44,184 bases of DNA from a virus. Its lineage: Duplodnaviria; Caudoviricetes. Where the stretch lies: IMG/VR virus record IMGVR_UViG_3300049167_000131, positions 1 to 44,184 of that record. The stretch is one strand, 5' to 3'. A program made the translations under genes and the position numbers. Positions 17,497 to 27,860 of the stretch are shown here, in pieces. The notes under the pieces are model-generated. The model did not search any database and had not been told where the DNA came from. It saw only the letters and a program-made list of their open reading frames with translations. Within the stretch, counting starts at the first letter, position 1. Each line of letters opens with the position of its first letter.

Positions 17497-19504
17497 CATC
17501 ATCGCCCGTTTGGCCGTCTCGCTGGAGATGGAGACGGCCGCCTTCGAAAAGGGCGCGACGCTGATCGAAAAGCGTCACGCTCAGATGACGAAGAATATCG
17601 AGAAGTTCGGCAAGAAGATGACCGATATCGGAAAGACGATGTCGGTCGCGGTGACGGCCCCGATCGCGGCGTTTGCCTACACTGCAGTCCAAGCAGCGAA
17701 GGAATCCGCCGAGGCGATGGGCCAGGTGGAATCGGCGCTTAAGAGCATGGGCGATGGTGCCGGCCGTACCAAAGACCAGCTGGCCGCGCTGGCATCGAGC
17801 CAGACGCGGACTTCGCTGTACGACGACGATGACATTCTGCGGAAGGTCACGGCCAACCTACTGACCTTCGGCAACGTGGCTGGGGAGCAGTTCGACCGAG
17901 CACAGCAGGCAGCGATCGACCTGTCAGCGCGTATGGGCACCGATCTGCACTCTTCGGCCCTGATGCTGGGCAAAGCGCTGAATGAGCCTGCAAAGGGCTT
18001 GGCTGCCCTGCGCCGCGTGGGCATTCAGTTCACTGAGCAACAGCAAGAGCAGATCAAGAGGATGGCCGAGGCCGGCGACGCTGCCGGCGCGCAGGCCATC
18101 ATGCTTGCTGAACTTGAGCGACAGTTCAGCGGATCCGCACAGGCCATGCGCGACGCAGACCCGATGGCGGCCGCGAAGATGAGCTTCGCCGAATTCCAGG
18201 AGACGGTCGGCGAGAAGCTGCTGCCGATCCTGCCGGTGGTGGCCGATGCGATTATCAAGGTGCTGGATGCCTTCGGCGGCCTGTCGCCCGAGATGCAGGA
18301 GGCTGCGATCATCGGTGCTGCGGTCGTTGCCGCCATCGGCCCCGTTCTGACGCTGTTCGGCGGGCTGGTATCGATCGGCGCGCCCTTGATCGGGTTCTTC
18401 GGCGTGCTGGCGCCCGCGTTGGGTCTCGTGGGCAAGGCCCTGCTCCTGATCGCGCTGAACCCGGCCGTGCTGGCGTTCGCTGCGGTGCTCGGCGGGATCT
18501 ACCTAGCATGGCGGAACTGGGACAAGATCGAGCCCATCCTTCGCAACCTGTACCTCGGTGCGAAGAAGTGGATCACCGACAATCTGGGGCGTGTGCTGCA
18601 TGGCATCCTGAACCCCATCCAGACGGTCCAGAACGCGTTCTTCCGGCTGTACGACGCGGTGGTCGGTAACAGCTACATTCCCGACATGGTCGACGGCATC
18701 GCTGCACAGATGCAGCGGCTCGATGCCGTGATGGTCACGCCGGTGACCAAGGCCACCACCAAGGCGCAGGAAGCCTTCCGGGAAATGGCTCAGGAGGCTC
18801 GCGCCATCATGGACCGGCTGTTCCCCGAAGCGGCGGCGCGAATCAAATACCAGACCGAGCGCGCCGCGTTGCAGGGCGTCGGCGCCGGCGAGGCCGCTCT
18901 ACGGGCCCTCGCCAACGAGCGAGACCAGGCGAGCCAAGCCAAACGCCCGGGCTTTGATTTCCTCAATGTCGGGCCAATCGCCGACACCGATCAGGCGATG
19001 CGGGATTTGCAGGCGACGATGGGCAGCTTGGCGAAGGCCGGCAAAGCAACCACCGTTCAGATCGTCGAGTCCTTTAAGGACATGGCGGACAAGGCGCTGC
19101 AGTCGCTCGGCAACCTGTCCAATGCGATCAAGAGCGGCGGCTTTCTCGGCATCCTAGAAAGCGTCATCGGGTTGGGTATGCAGCTCGGCAGCGCTGGCCT
19201 GTTTGGCAACACCATTGCCACCCGCCTCAATACGCCGGCCCATGCGAATGGGACGAGCTTCCATCCTGGCGGTCTCGCGGTGGTCGGCGAGCGTGGGCCT
19301 GAAGTGGTTTCGATGCCACGGAGCTCAAGGGTCTATAGCAATGGTACCGGCCCCAGCGGCGGCAACACTTACCATTTCAGCGGCAACCTGATGACGCCAG
19401 AGTTCTGGGCGCAAATTCAGGGCAGCGACATAGCTGCGGCGCAGGCCGGCGGTAATATCGGCGTTGCAAAAATGCAGACGCACAGCCGCAGGCGTGTGGC
19501 CTGA
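17483..19504 (+). CDS. Tail tape measure protein
   Basis: 673 aa, Ala-rich helical, hydrophobic mid-region, C-terminal HANG...GGLAVVGERGPE. Confidence 0.92.
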   Translation: MALGDIIARLAVSLEMETAAFEKGATLIEKRHAQMTKNIEKFGKKMTDIGKTMSVAVTAPIAAFAYTAVQAAKESAEAMGQVESALKSMGDGAGRTKDQLAALASSQTRTSLYDDDDILRKVTANLLTFGNVAGEQFDRAQQAAIDLSARMGTDLHSSALMLGKALNEPAKGLAALRRVGIQFTEQQQEQIKRMAEAGDAAGAQAIMLAELERQFSGSAQAMRDADPMAAAKMSFAEFQETVGEKLLPILPVVADAIIKVLDAFGGLSPEMQEAAIIGAAVVAAIGPVLTLFGGLVSIGAPLIGFFGVLAPALGLVGKALLLIALNPAVLAFAAVLGGIYLAWRNWDKIEPILRNLYLGAKKWITDNLGRVLHGILNPIQTVQNAFFRLYDAVVGNSYIPDMVDGIAAQMQRLDAVMVTPVTKATTKAQEAFREMAQEARAIMDRLFPEAAARIKYQTERAALQGVGAGEAALRALANERDQASQAKRPGFDFLNVGPIADTDQAMRDLQATMGSLAKAGKATTVQIVESFKDMADKALQSLGNLSNAIKSGGFLGILESVIGLGMQLGSAGLFGNTIATRLNTPAHANGTSFHPGGLAVVGERGPEVVSMPRSSRVYSNGTGPSGGNTYHFSGNLMTPEFWAQIQGSDIAAAQAGGNIGVAKMQTHSRRRVA

Positions 19505-20103
19505 TGCCGATTAGCTTGCCCGAGAAACCGGCGCCGAACGCGGTCAGTCCGACGTTGCTCGACTTCGGTATCACCCTGCGTCCGGCGACTGGTGGGCCGG
19601 TGGCAAAAGTCGGTCGTCCCGGGTCCCGCTTCCGCATGGAAGCGTCGTTTCCCCCAATGGTTCCTGCCGTGGCGCGGGTGTTCATCTCGCGGCTCTTGGA
19701 AGCTAAACGTGTGGGGCGCTTGCTGATCAACTTCCCGCTACTCGGAGAGCGCCAAGGCTCTCCTGGATCTCCGGTGGTAGACGGTGCGGGACAAGCCGGT
19801 GCGACGCTGAAGCTGCGCGGTCTGAACCCCGGCTACACGATTAAAGAGGGCTACTGGCTCTCGATCATCGACACGAACGACCAGCACTACCTCCACAACG
19901 CTCGCTCTATGGTCCGAGTTGGTGCTGATGGCCGCGCAACTTTCGGCATCGAGCCGCCTCTCCGCCGCCCTTTCGCGAACGGCGCTAAAGTGTTGCTGGC
20001 CCAGCCCAGGGTCGAAGGCTTCATCGACGGGGGTGAGTGGTCTTGGTCAGTCGATGTCGCTCGGCTCAGTGGGATATCATTTACGCTTGAGGAAGCGGCC
20101 TGA
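19504..20103 (+). CDS. Minor tail (distal tail-like) protein
   Basis: TGATG-coupled directly after TMP; beta-rich. Confidence 0.6.
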   Translation: MPISLPEKPAPNAVSPTLLDFGITLRPATGGPVAKVGRPGSRFRMEASFPPMVPAVARVFISRLLEAKRVGRLLINFPLLGERQGSPGSPVVDGAGQAGATLKLRGLNPGYTIKEGYWLSIIDTNDQHYLHNARSMVRVGADGRATFGIEPPLRRPFANGAKVLLAQPRVEGFIDGGEWSWSVDVARLSGISFTLEEAA

Positions 20104-20705
20104 TGGAACGGGTCGGCCTTATGGCTCTGCTCCGGATCGATCTTCCGGATGCTACGGTACGGCTCTGCGATGCAGGTTTCGTAGTGTTCGATGGCGAGAC
20201 CTATGCGGCGGAGGACGAGACCTTCGGGACCATCGGCGGCGTGCAACCTTTAACCGAAGGCATTGGTGAGGAGGTCCCGGCGCTTGAACTCACACTTCTA
20301 CCGCCGGCCGGTAGTGCTCCATCGCAACTGTCTAAACCTGGCTATCAGCGCAGCACGGTGCGCGCATGGATAGGTGAGTATTCGCCAGAGGCGGGGCAGC
20401 TGATCGGTGCGCCTGACCTGCTGTTTCACGGGCAGATTGACCAGACATCGCTGCGAGTTGGTCGGTCGACGCGGGAACTGTCGATCACGGTTGTCTCGAC
20501 AGCGGAGCGCTTGTTCATGCTCAACGAGGGCAACTCGCTCTCGCCTCGCTGGCACAAGTCGGTGTGGCCAGGAGAACTTGGCCATGACAACGCCATCGGC
20601 CTGACAGTTCCTGTAGCGTGGGGCGTGGAGACGCGGCCCGGCGCAAGTGCCGTGGGTTCCGGAAGCGGCTTTTCAGGCTTTACCAGACAGAACCCGGCGC
20701 AATGA
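20103..20705 (+). CDS. Minor tail protein
   Basis: Translationally coupled within the tail-tip module. Confidence 0.6.
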   Translation: MERVGLMALLRIDLPDATVRLCDAGFVVFDGETYAAEDETFGTIGGVQPLTEGIGEEVPALELTLLPPAGSAPSQLSKPGYQRSTVRAWIGEYSPEAGQLIGAPDLLFHGQIDQTSLRVGRSTRELSITVVSTAERLFMLNEGNSLSPRWHKSVWPGELGHDNAIGLTVPVAWGVETRPGASAVGSGSGFSGFTRQNPAQ

Positions 20706-21112
20706 CCCCGGAGCTATTGCGCAGGCAGCGCGCCACCGAAGCGACCTTCGCGAAGTACAGGGAGGTGCCATTCGACTGGAAGCGCGAGCGCACTTGCCTG
20801 CACCTGCTGCGCTTTCACCTCCGCAAGATGGGACACAAGCCGGAACCGCTGCCTCGGATCAAGTCGGCAGTAGCGGCGAAGCGAGCGCTTGACGCGCGAG
20901 GTTGGAAGAACGTCGGTGACCTGCTCGACACCATGCTGCCCAGGATTGCGCCGGCGCAAATGTGGTTGGGCGACGTGGCCATGCTTGAGAGCGGAGACGG
21001 GTTCGGTGCGATCGTAGTCTCGCTCGGGAGCAAGGTCCTCGGCTGGCATGAGGATTACGCCGGCATGACGGCTTTGGAGCCGCTGCATATTGGCGGGGCT
21101 TGGCGGGTATGA
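20702..21112 (+). CDS. NlpC/P60-like tail-tip protein (DUF6950-like)
   Basis: PFDW...TC and GDVAM...AWRV pattern; ATGA overlaps at both ends. Confidence 0.65.
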   Translation: MTPELLRRQRATEATFAKYREVPFDWKRERTCLHLLRFHLRKMGHKPEPLPRIKSAVAAKRALDARGWKNVGDLLDTMLPRIAPAQMWLGDVAMLESGDGFGAIVVSLGSKVLGWHEDYAGMTALEPLHIGGAWRV

Positions 21113-22896
21113 GTAAGGTCATTCGGACCGCCGCGACGATTGCCGGGGCTGTGGCGTTGGTCGCCACCGGCGTCGGAGCAATCGCTGCAGCCGGAACAGC
21201 CCTCGCTGTGACCGCCGGATCTATCGCTGCTTATGCTAGTCTCGCGGCCGGGGTAGCCGGCATCGGCGCCCAACTTACCACTAAGAAGCCAGGCGCACGC
21301 GGCTCGGTCTCCAACATTCTAATCCAGACCGACGCTCCGCAGCCGTACCTAATGGGCCGCACTTACGCGGGCGGCGTGATGCGCCACGATGTCGGCTACG
21401 GCGGCAAAGTCGGCAAGGTGAAGAACCCGTATCGTGGTTCCGTGATCGTCTATTCGGGGGCGGGACCGGTTGAGGCTCTTGAGACTGTGCAGACCGACTT
21501 CGAGGGTGTTTCAGCCTGGTACTCGGGCTTCCTCTTCACCGACACTCAGATTGGTTCCACGCCGGAGGCATCGGCACTGGTTCCGCAGTGGCCCAACATG
21601 CCGAACTGGGCTGCAGCACATAGGCTATCCGGACAGGCGGCGATCCTTTGGGGCTTCAATTTCGATAAGGACGGGAAAAGGTTCGCGAGCGGCCTGCCGC
21701 CTTTCGGCGCAATCTGGCGGGGCGTGAGGGTCTATGACCCGCGCCTCGACAGTACATTTCAAGGTGGCTCCGGAACGCAGCGTATCGGTGATGAGACCAC
21801 ATGGGCATACTCCGAGAACCCAGCACTGCATGCCGTCGCGTATGCCTACGGACGGCACCAGAACGGCAAGAAGGTGCTCGGCATCGGATTGCCCACGACA
21901 GGCATTGACCTCGCGCGCTTCAGTGCCTGGGCGAACGTGTGTGATGCGAATGGCTGGAAGGTTGGCGGGGTGATTTCCGAGCCTGGCGACCGTTGGGCCA
22001 ACCTCAAAGACATCATGGCCGCGGGCGGAGCCGAGCCGGTCTTCGCCGGTGGCGTCCTCACGGTGCGGTATCGCGCGCCGATGATCGCACTGGAGACCGT
22101 CACCGAGGACGATCTAGCTGACGACGACATGACCGTCGCAGCTATGCAGTCCTATCGCAACCGACTGAACGGCATCGTGCCAAAGTACCGCAGTGAGGAT
22201 CATCACTGGGAGTACGTCTCCGCCGAGATGATCTCCGTGCCGGCCTACATAGCCGAGGACGGTGAAGAGAAGGTCGAAGAGCGGCAGTTCAACCTGGTGC
22301 AGGACAAGGACCAAGCAGCGCAGCTTGCCGCTTATGAGCTTGTCGACGGTCGCGAGCTGGGCCCGATCTCGCTCACACTTAAGCCGCAGTGGCGGCGTTA
22401 TCGTCCCGGCGAATGCCTGCGCCTCATTCTGCCTTCTCTCGGTCTCGACATCACAGCGATTATTCTGTCGCGCGACATCGATGTCGCCTCGATGAAGGTC
22501 ACGCTGAGCTTTGTCGGAGAGAGCGCCTCGAAGCACGCCTTTGCCCTCGGGCAAACTGCCGTTGCGCCGCCTACCCCGGCTCTAAGTGACCCTGCGGATC
22601 GAGACGACACAACCGACACCAACAGCACCCGCAATCAGCCCTTTGTCGTCGACAGCGAAGAGGCAATGATCGCATTGCCAGCGCGCCAAAGTGACATCGC
22701 GGTCCGCACCGACACTGAGACGAACTTCGTGCATAACGGCGGGCTCACCGGCACAGTCGCTGATTGGACGGAGTTGGCCACGCCGAGCACCGTCGACGTG
22801 GCCTTGTTCGCAAATGATGCGCAGCAATTAGGCAACTTCACACCGTCTGACATCGCGAACCTCGAAGCACGCATCGCCGCGCTCGAGACGGCCTAA
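21109..22896 (+). CDS. Tail tip / central tail hub protein (gpJ-like)
   Basis: PQPYLMGRT, GVRVYDPR, WAYSENPAL, AWANVCD motifs. Confidence 0.85.
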   Translation: MSKVIRTAATIAGAVALVATGVGAIAAAGTALAVTAGSIAAYASLAAGVAGIGAQLTTKKPGARGSVSNILIQTDAPQPYLMGRTYAGGVMRHDVGYGGKVGKVKNPYRGSVIVYSGAGPVEALETVQTDFEGVSAWYSGFLFTDTQIGSTPEASALVPQWPNMPNWAAAHRLSGQAAILWGFNFDKDGKRFASGLPPFGAIWRGVRVYDPRLDSTFQGGSGTQRIGDETTWAYSENPALHAVAYAYGRHQNGKKVLGIGLPTTGIDLARFSAWANVCDANGWKVGGVISEPGDRWANLKDIMAAGGAEPVFAGGVLTVRYRAPMIALETVTEDDLADDDMTVAAMQSYRNRLNGIVPKYRSEDHHWEYVSAEMISVPAYIAEDGEEKVEERQFNLVQDKDQAAQLAAYELVDGRELGPISLTLKPQWRRYRPGECLRLILPSLGLDITAIILSRDIDVASMKVTLSFVGESASKHAFALGQTAVAPPTPALSDPADRDDTTDTNSTRNQPFVVDSEEAMIALPARQSDIAVRTDTETNFVHNGGLTGTVADWTELATPSTVDVALFANDAQQLGNFTPSDIANLEARIAALETA

Positions 22897-22925
22897 CCCG
22901 CTTACCTTCAATCGAAAGGATCGCT

Positions 22926-23336
22926 GTGGCGACCACGTTTGACGAATGGCTGCGCCACCTGCGCAAAGCCAAGCAAGGGCCTGTGTCCATCAACATTGAC
23001 CGCGGAGTGCCCTTCGCGTGGTCGTTCGCCATCAAGGTGTCGATGCCGGCCTCAAAGGTTCGCGCGAGCCTTCGCTTCGACCCTGACAGTGATGGCGTTC
23101 CGCTCATCGACTTCACAGTGACAGACCCTGAAGTTGTGACTGTTCCAGAGGGGACATTCACGATCTTTCGACTGTCTCTGAATGAAATGCAGACCAGCTC
23201 TCTGCCTTTTGACGATGACGGGAATGGCCTGGTCCATCTCGCGTTCGATACGCTTCTCGCGCCAGATGGAGCGGACTTTACCCGCATCTTCGCTGGGGCG
23301 GCGACCATTTCTGGAAAGGTGACAAATGCCATCTGA
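22926..23336 (+). CDS. Putative tail/baseplate adaptor protein
   Basis: AAAGGA RBS; beta-rich 136 aa between hub and spike genes. Confidence 0.55.
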   Translation: MATTFDEWLRHLRKAKQGPVSINIDRGVPFAWSFAIKVSMPASKVRASLRFDPDSDGVPLIDFTVTDPEVVTVPEGTFTIFRLSLNEMQTSSLPFDDDGNGLVHLAFDTLLAPDGADFTRIFAGAATISGKVTNAI

Positions 23337-25488
23337 TCTGACGGCCCCGATTAATGGGGTGCTCTCCTATTTCTATTGGGGCGAAAACACCGAACTCGCC
23401 TCAATCAGGGCTTCTCAGGCCGACAACTCGGCTAGAGCTTCTGCGCTTTCGTCTGCCACCGCAGAGTCGGCATCAGGCCCGACCTATGCCAGCACGGCGG
23501 CCGGTCTCGCTGCTACGACTTCGGGTGAAAGCTTCGCCGTCGATGACGGCGATGGCACAGTCACGATCTATCTACATGAGGCAGGCGCCGCGATCCCACA
23601 GCGCACGATGGCCACCACGGATGCGCTCGCGGCGCAGAGTGGGTCGGCCTTGGTCGGTACACCGCGGGGTGTTCTGGCTGATGTTCTGGATGGAGTAGTT
23701 GGCGCTCCAATCGTAGGAGCCAATTTTGCCGATGATGCCAGTTCGGCCGAAGCAAATGCAGCAGCACTGCAAACGGCAGTCACGAACCGCGATCGCCGCG
23801 CCATCGTCGCCCCCGGCACCGTCCGGCTCCTGACCAGCACGAATGTCGGCCAGTTTCGCCAGCAGGGGATCGATTACTACACCGCCGTTCTGATCAACCT
23901 GAACGATGTGACGTTCGGGAGCGCGGTCTTTCATGCCAAGGGCAGAGGCGCTGCCGGCACCTATGTCGAGCCGATGTTCGCGACCCCTCGGCACACCGCA
24001 GCCGGGACGCGGCGGGGCTTGTCGTTCCTCGGCACGCAATTCGACATGTCGGATGACGGCAATGCCGTCTCGACCAACCAGCGCGCGACCCACATCACTT
24101 GCACTGATGATATCCGCTACATCGCGACGGTTCGCTACAACAGCGGCATGCGACGCGGCTATGGCGATCATCTGGACAACTGCCGCGCCATCGTGCGCGT
24201 CGGGCAGCTGCACAGCAAAGTCACCGGGGGCGAGAATTATCGATATCTGACGGGCCTCGCCTGGGGTGGTTGCCTCTACAAGGACTTCAGCGAGGCGACC
24301 GATTTCGATGGCGTGGCCGATACGATCGGCTCGCTGGTCTATTGGAACCCTGGCGATCCTCGCCTCGGCCAGGCGATCGATTTCAATTCGGTCAAGAATG
24401 CAGCCATACCGCCGATCGCGGCGCGCGGTGTCCGCAACATCTATACGATCAGCTATAAATACACGACGCAGCCGACCTATGCCGAATTTTTGGAGAACGC
24501 GGCACCTTCATCGATAACGATCTCGAACGACATTGTTATATCCGCGTGCGTTGGCCTCAATTGCGGCGATGCAGCTAACCCCTCGATCATCATTGGCACG
24601 GACAATCCGACTGAGCCGCTCGAGGGGCCTGTGACGCGCCTCACTCTGGCAAACCACAACCTCAAGGATTGCGGGTTCGTCCAAGTCACCGGGGCCAAGA
24701 ACCTCAGCCTGGTCAATTGGACGCTAACCGACACTTTGGCCCCTGATTTGAGTGGCTGGGCGGCTGTCACGTTGCTGCAAGATGCAGTGTCGAGCGGGAA
24801 CCCGTTGCCTATCGAGGCAACGATCATCAACATGGATATCAACGGCGCGCCTCGCGGTGGCCTGATCGCGTCGTCTTCCGTTCGGCTCGACATCGATGGC
24901 TTGCGGATTCGTAATGTGAACCGCAGCGGTTCGACGGACTATGCCATCTCGATCCAGACGGTGCCGGCTAATGGAAAGCATACAATCGACCGGCTGGATA
25001 TCGAAGGCGACGTGCGCATCGGGGCGGCGGCGGGGGCTACAATCTTGTGGGGCGATCGAAACAAGATCAGCGGGCAGCTCATCCTGCAAGACAATGCCCA
25101 CAAGGCTATCGCTGGAAAATCCCACACTTTGTCGCTGGGGGATATTCCCGCCACGGGCACCATTCGCAGAACCGCCTTCATCGCCTCACGCCGCTGCTAT
25201 ATCCCCCGAGCGTCTTTCTCCGTCGCGGCGGCTGTCGCACAGAGCGGGACCAACTTCCGCACGCTCAACTTCCGGCGCGTCCGAAGCGGTGTCGTTTCGA
25301 CGATCGCGAGCGCATCTAATGCTTCTGCAGCCTGGCCTGCCAGTATCAGGATTGATGGGGGGTTTGCCGCTATCGAGCCTGACGCATATCTTGAGCCCGG
25401 CGATATCCTCTACGTCGATACAGCTAGCGCAGGCGATGGCGTTACTCTGTCCGACCTTACTGTCAGTTTCGAGGAAATCGGGCTCTGA
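23326..25488 (+). CDS. Tailspike/receptor-binding protein, probable beta-helix
   Basis: N-terminal anchor (TYASTAAGLAATT.GESF); DDA...AALQTAV entry motif; long Asn/Gly/Ile-rich beta-repeat region. Confidence 0.7.
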   Translation: MPSDLTAPINGVLSYFYWGENTELASIRASQADNSARASALSSATAESASGPTYASTAAGLAATTSGESFAVDDGDGTVTIYLHEAGAAIPQRTMATTDALAAQSGSALVGTPRGVLADVLDGVVGAPIVGANFADDASSAEANAAALQTAVTNRDRRAIVAPGTVRLLTSTNVGQFRQQGIDYYTAVLINLNDVTFGSAVFHAKGRGAAGTYVEPMFATPRHTAAGTRRGLSFLGTQFDMSDDGNAVSTNQRATHITCTDDIRYIATVRYNSGMRRGYGDHLDNCRAIVRVGQLHSKVTGGENYRYLTGLAWGGCLYKDFSEATDFDGVADTIGSLVYWNPGDPRLGQAIDFNSVKNAAIPPIAARGVRNIYTISYKYTTQPTYAEFLENAAPSSITISNDIVISACVGLNCGDAANPSIIIGTDNPTEPLEGPVTRLTLANHNLKDCGFVQVTGAKNLSLVNWTLTDTLAPDLSGWAAVTLLQDAVSSGNPLPIEATIINMDINGAPRGGLIASSSVRLDIDGLRIRNVNRSGSTDYAISIQTVPANGKHTIDRLDIEGDVRIGAAAGATILWGDRNKISGQLILQDNAHKAIAGKSHTLSLGDIPATGTIRRTAFIASRRCYIPRASFSVAAAVAQSGTNFRTLNFRRVRSGVVSTIASASNASAAWPASIRIDGGFAAIEPDAYLEPGDILYVDTASAGDGVTLSDLTVSFEEIGL

Positions 25489-25584
25489 TCGCGCTCGTGC
25501 GGGTCATGAAGCGCAAGTGAGAGCAACCCCTTGAGCCGTTTCACCGCCCAGCTCGTCCGGGCCAATCGGCCCCAATGAGCTAAT

Positions 25585-26655
25585 TTACAGTGGTATGGCC
25601 GGTTGTGGGCGCAGCGGCTGCTTCGGCGAGCTTTGAGGGAGATGGGCGATAACGATCTTCGCCCAGCGCGATGAATTCCGCTCTACGAGCCAATAGACCA
25701 GGCTCGCCGTGCCTAACACTACCGCTGCCGTAGGAATAATAGTGGCGTAGCCGCTGAGTGGGAGGGCATTCATTAGAGCAATGCCTGCGTTCTGATGGAG
25801 TAGATAAAGGGAGTAGCTGACCACCCCTATCGCGGTCAGCGGTTTGTACGCCAGGAGCGCAAGCCACGTGGGTCGATAAACGAGAATGAAGAATACCGTG
25901 AAGATGGACCCGAGCACCATGCTGTCGACCACGTCCATGCGCTCCGTCATCGCAGCGAGAAGACACGCGCCAATAGCCGGCAATGTCCAAGGGCGGCGTC
26001 TGGCTGCATATAACTCGTGGAATAGAACGCCTGCGCAGAACAGCGGGAGGTACTTTGACGCGAACGCCGTTTCGAACATGAGTGCGACGACAGGGTTATC
26101 GGCCTTCGAGCAAGCCATGTACCCCAACCATGAGAAGGCCGTGAACCAGGCAAACGATGCAGCAAACCGCTCCTTGGGGAGTAGAAAGAACATCACCACG
26201 GCCCAAAGATAGAAGCGCACTTCGTAAAAGAGTGACCAGTAGACGCCATCGACATATTTGATGTCGCCGTCCATCCACTTCCAAAATGCTGGATGGGTGA
26301 ATGACCACGATGGGAGGAAATCCAAGGGATTGGCCCTTCGAAGGTCCGCGAATGGGTTCTCGAGCGCTGTCAGAGTTGCAAATGTGATCAGCGAGCAGAC
26401 AATCATCGGTGGCACGAGGCGGGCCAACCGTCTGATGCCGAATTCGACGACACTCCGACTGGGGAGCAGTGACGAGGCAATTACGAAGCCCGAGATCACG
26501 AAGAACAGGTGGACACCGAGATACCCGTGCTGAAACAGAGTGATCTCTTTGTACGGGTAGTAGCCAGGGAAGCGGCTTGTGTAGTGAAACGCTACCACAA
26601 CTAGGATAGCCACGGCTCGCAAGCCGTCTAATTCTCGCAGCCGCCCCGTCACCAC
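25585..26655 (-). CDS. Membrane O-acyltransferase (acyltransferase-3/OafA-Oac family)
   Basis: ELDGLRAVA, GVHLFFVISGF, RRLARLVP, WSLFYE..FY, SYSLYLLH, YWLVE; multiple TM helices. Confidence 0.92.
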   Translation of the reverse strand: MVTGRLRELDGLRAVAILVVVAFHYTSRFPGYYPYKEITLFQHGYLGVHLFFVISGFVIASSLLPSRSVVEFGIRRLARLVPPMIVCSLITFATLTALENPFADLRRANPLDFLPSWSFTHPAFWKWMDGDIKYVDGVYWSLFYEVRFYLWAVVMFFLLPKERFAASFAWFTAFSWLGYMACSKADNPVVALMFETAFASKYLPLFCAGVLFHELYAARRRPWTLPAIGACLLAAMTERMDVVDSMVLGSIFTVFFILVYRPTWLALLAYKPLTAIGVVSYSLYLLHQNAGIALMNALPLSGYATIIPTAAVVLGTASLVYWLVERNSSRWAKIVIAHLPQSSPKQPLRPQPAIPL

Positions 26656-26672
26656 ACGCCCCCGACCAGGTG

Positions 26673-26807
26673 TTATTCGTCTTCCTCAGGATTGAGGCGC
26701 CTGTGACGATGGTAGCGCCAACGGCGATAACGCCTGTGAATGCTGGGCCAGAACAGCGCAAGTGCGATTGCAATGAAGCCGAGCACGGGAACTAGATAGG
26801 CGCTCAT
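26673..26807 (-). CDS. 44-aa single-TM peptide upstream of the acyltransferase (not in ORF track)
   Basis: MSAYLVPVLGFIAIALALFWPSIHRRYRRWRYHRHRRLNPEEDE*; GGGGG RBS; ends 17 bp before the acyltransferase start. Confidence 0.6.
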   Translation of the reverse strand: MSAYLVPVLGFIAIALALFWPSIHRRYRRWRYHRHRRLNPEEDE

Positions 26808-27234
26808 TGGACCCCCGTGATCTGCTTCCAGAATAATAGCAAGGTTGCTGCCTTACGCCGCCCCATTTGCAGGCTGTATTTTCGGAGAGATGACACCTCT
26901 TAACCTGCTCAGGCATATCGCAAGTACTGCATAAGAACCGGCCACGCAGATCCTTTCGCGGCAAGGGAGGGCCGACCGGCCCCGCGAGGCCGAGCATGCA
27001 CGTGCTCTGCACCGCCCTGGATGGACCACAACGAGGTCTAAATCACCCACACCTCATTCCCTCGGCCGCAGCAGCGACATGGTTCAGCATGGAGGTGCGC
27101 GGATCGAGCCGGCGATTGATCGCCGTAGGCAGCAGTTCGTCCCGAAGAGCCGATCTGGGGCTTCGCCACCTACCTACTTCCACTGTCAGGAGACCAACCA
27201 TGCCCGACCCCCTCCGCTGGCGAGGCAATCACTG

Positions 27235-27609
27235 ATGCCTGGCAGCAACGTCATGACACCCATGGTTGACGATCAGCTCGGGCGGCTCGCGCTAATCGAG
27301 GCGATCCGGGCGAATACCGACGCGGTCAATCGCCTTGCTCGGCACGGCGAAGCGACTGACATCAAGCTCGACAAGATCATCACCACGATCTCGGGAATGG
27401 ACACCCGATTGACCGTGATCGAGCGTGACGGGCTCAAGGCAGACGTCGCCGCGCTCGAAGAGAAGGTCAACATCCTTGAAGGCGACCTTCGGGAGCGAAG
27501 GGGTGCCCGCAACTTCGCCGATACCCTGCTCAAATATGGGCCGTTCGCAATCGCGTTGATCACCGCGGTGTTCATCGTGCTCGTGGCCACCGGGAGGATC
27601 AATCTGTGA
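27235..27609 (+). CDS. Coiled-coil protein with C-terminal TM (lysis-module/holin-associated)
   Basis: Heptad region followed by GPFAIALITAVFIVLVATG; coupled to the holin gene. Confidence 0.65.
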   Translation: MPGSNVMTPMVDDQLGRLALIEAIRANTDAVNRLARHGEATDIKLDKIITTISGMDTRLTVIERDGLKADVAALEEKVNILEGDLRERRGARNFADTLLKYGPFAIALITAVFIVLVATGRINL

Positions 27610-27860
27610 AGCTGATCGAAGAAGCCCGCCAGTGGTGGCGCATGTGGAGCCAGCGCATCAACGCGTTCGGACTCCTGATCTTGAGCTACATCGCCATCGA
27701 CCCAGTGTCTGTGCTGGTGGTGTGGAACATGATGCCGCCGGAGGTGCGGACCCGCGCCCCGATCACTCTGGTCGCTAGCATCGGCGCCGTCCTCTTCGGG
27801 CTAGCAATGCTGGCCAGAATGGTGCGTCAGCCCAAGCTGGAGAAGTCCGATGGGAATTAA
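27606..27860 (+). CDS. Putative holin
   Basis: 84 aa, two TM segments, MKLIEEARQWWRMWS...ARMVRQPKL; immediately upstream of endolysin. Confidence 0.75.
   Translation: MKLIEEARQWWRMWSQRINAFGLLILSYIAIDPVSVLVVWNMMPPEVRTRAPITLVASIGAVLFGLAMLARMVRQPKLEKSDGN

Noticed and set aside
8086-25534. Many long antisense or alternate-frame ORFs over structural genes (e.g. 15325..16344, 13836..14711, 11584..12429)
   Set aside because: Shadow ORFs expected in high-GC coding DNA; no motifs or RBS
27200-27235. AGGAG-led 11-codon ORF MPDPLRWRGNH coupled by TGATG to the lysis module
   Set aside because: Too short to support; may be a deletion remnant or translational coupler
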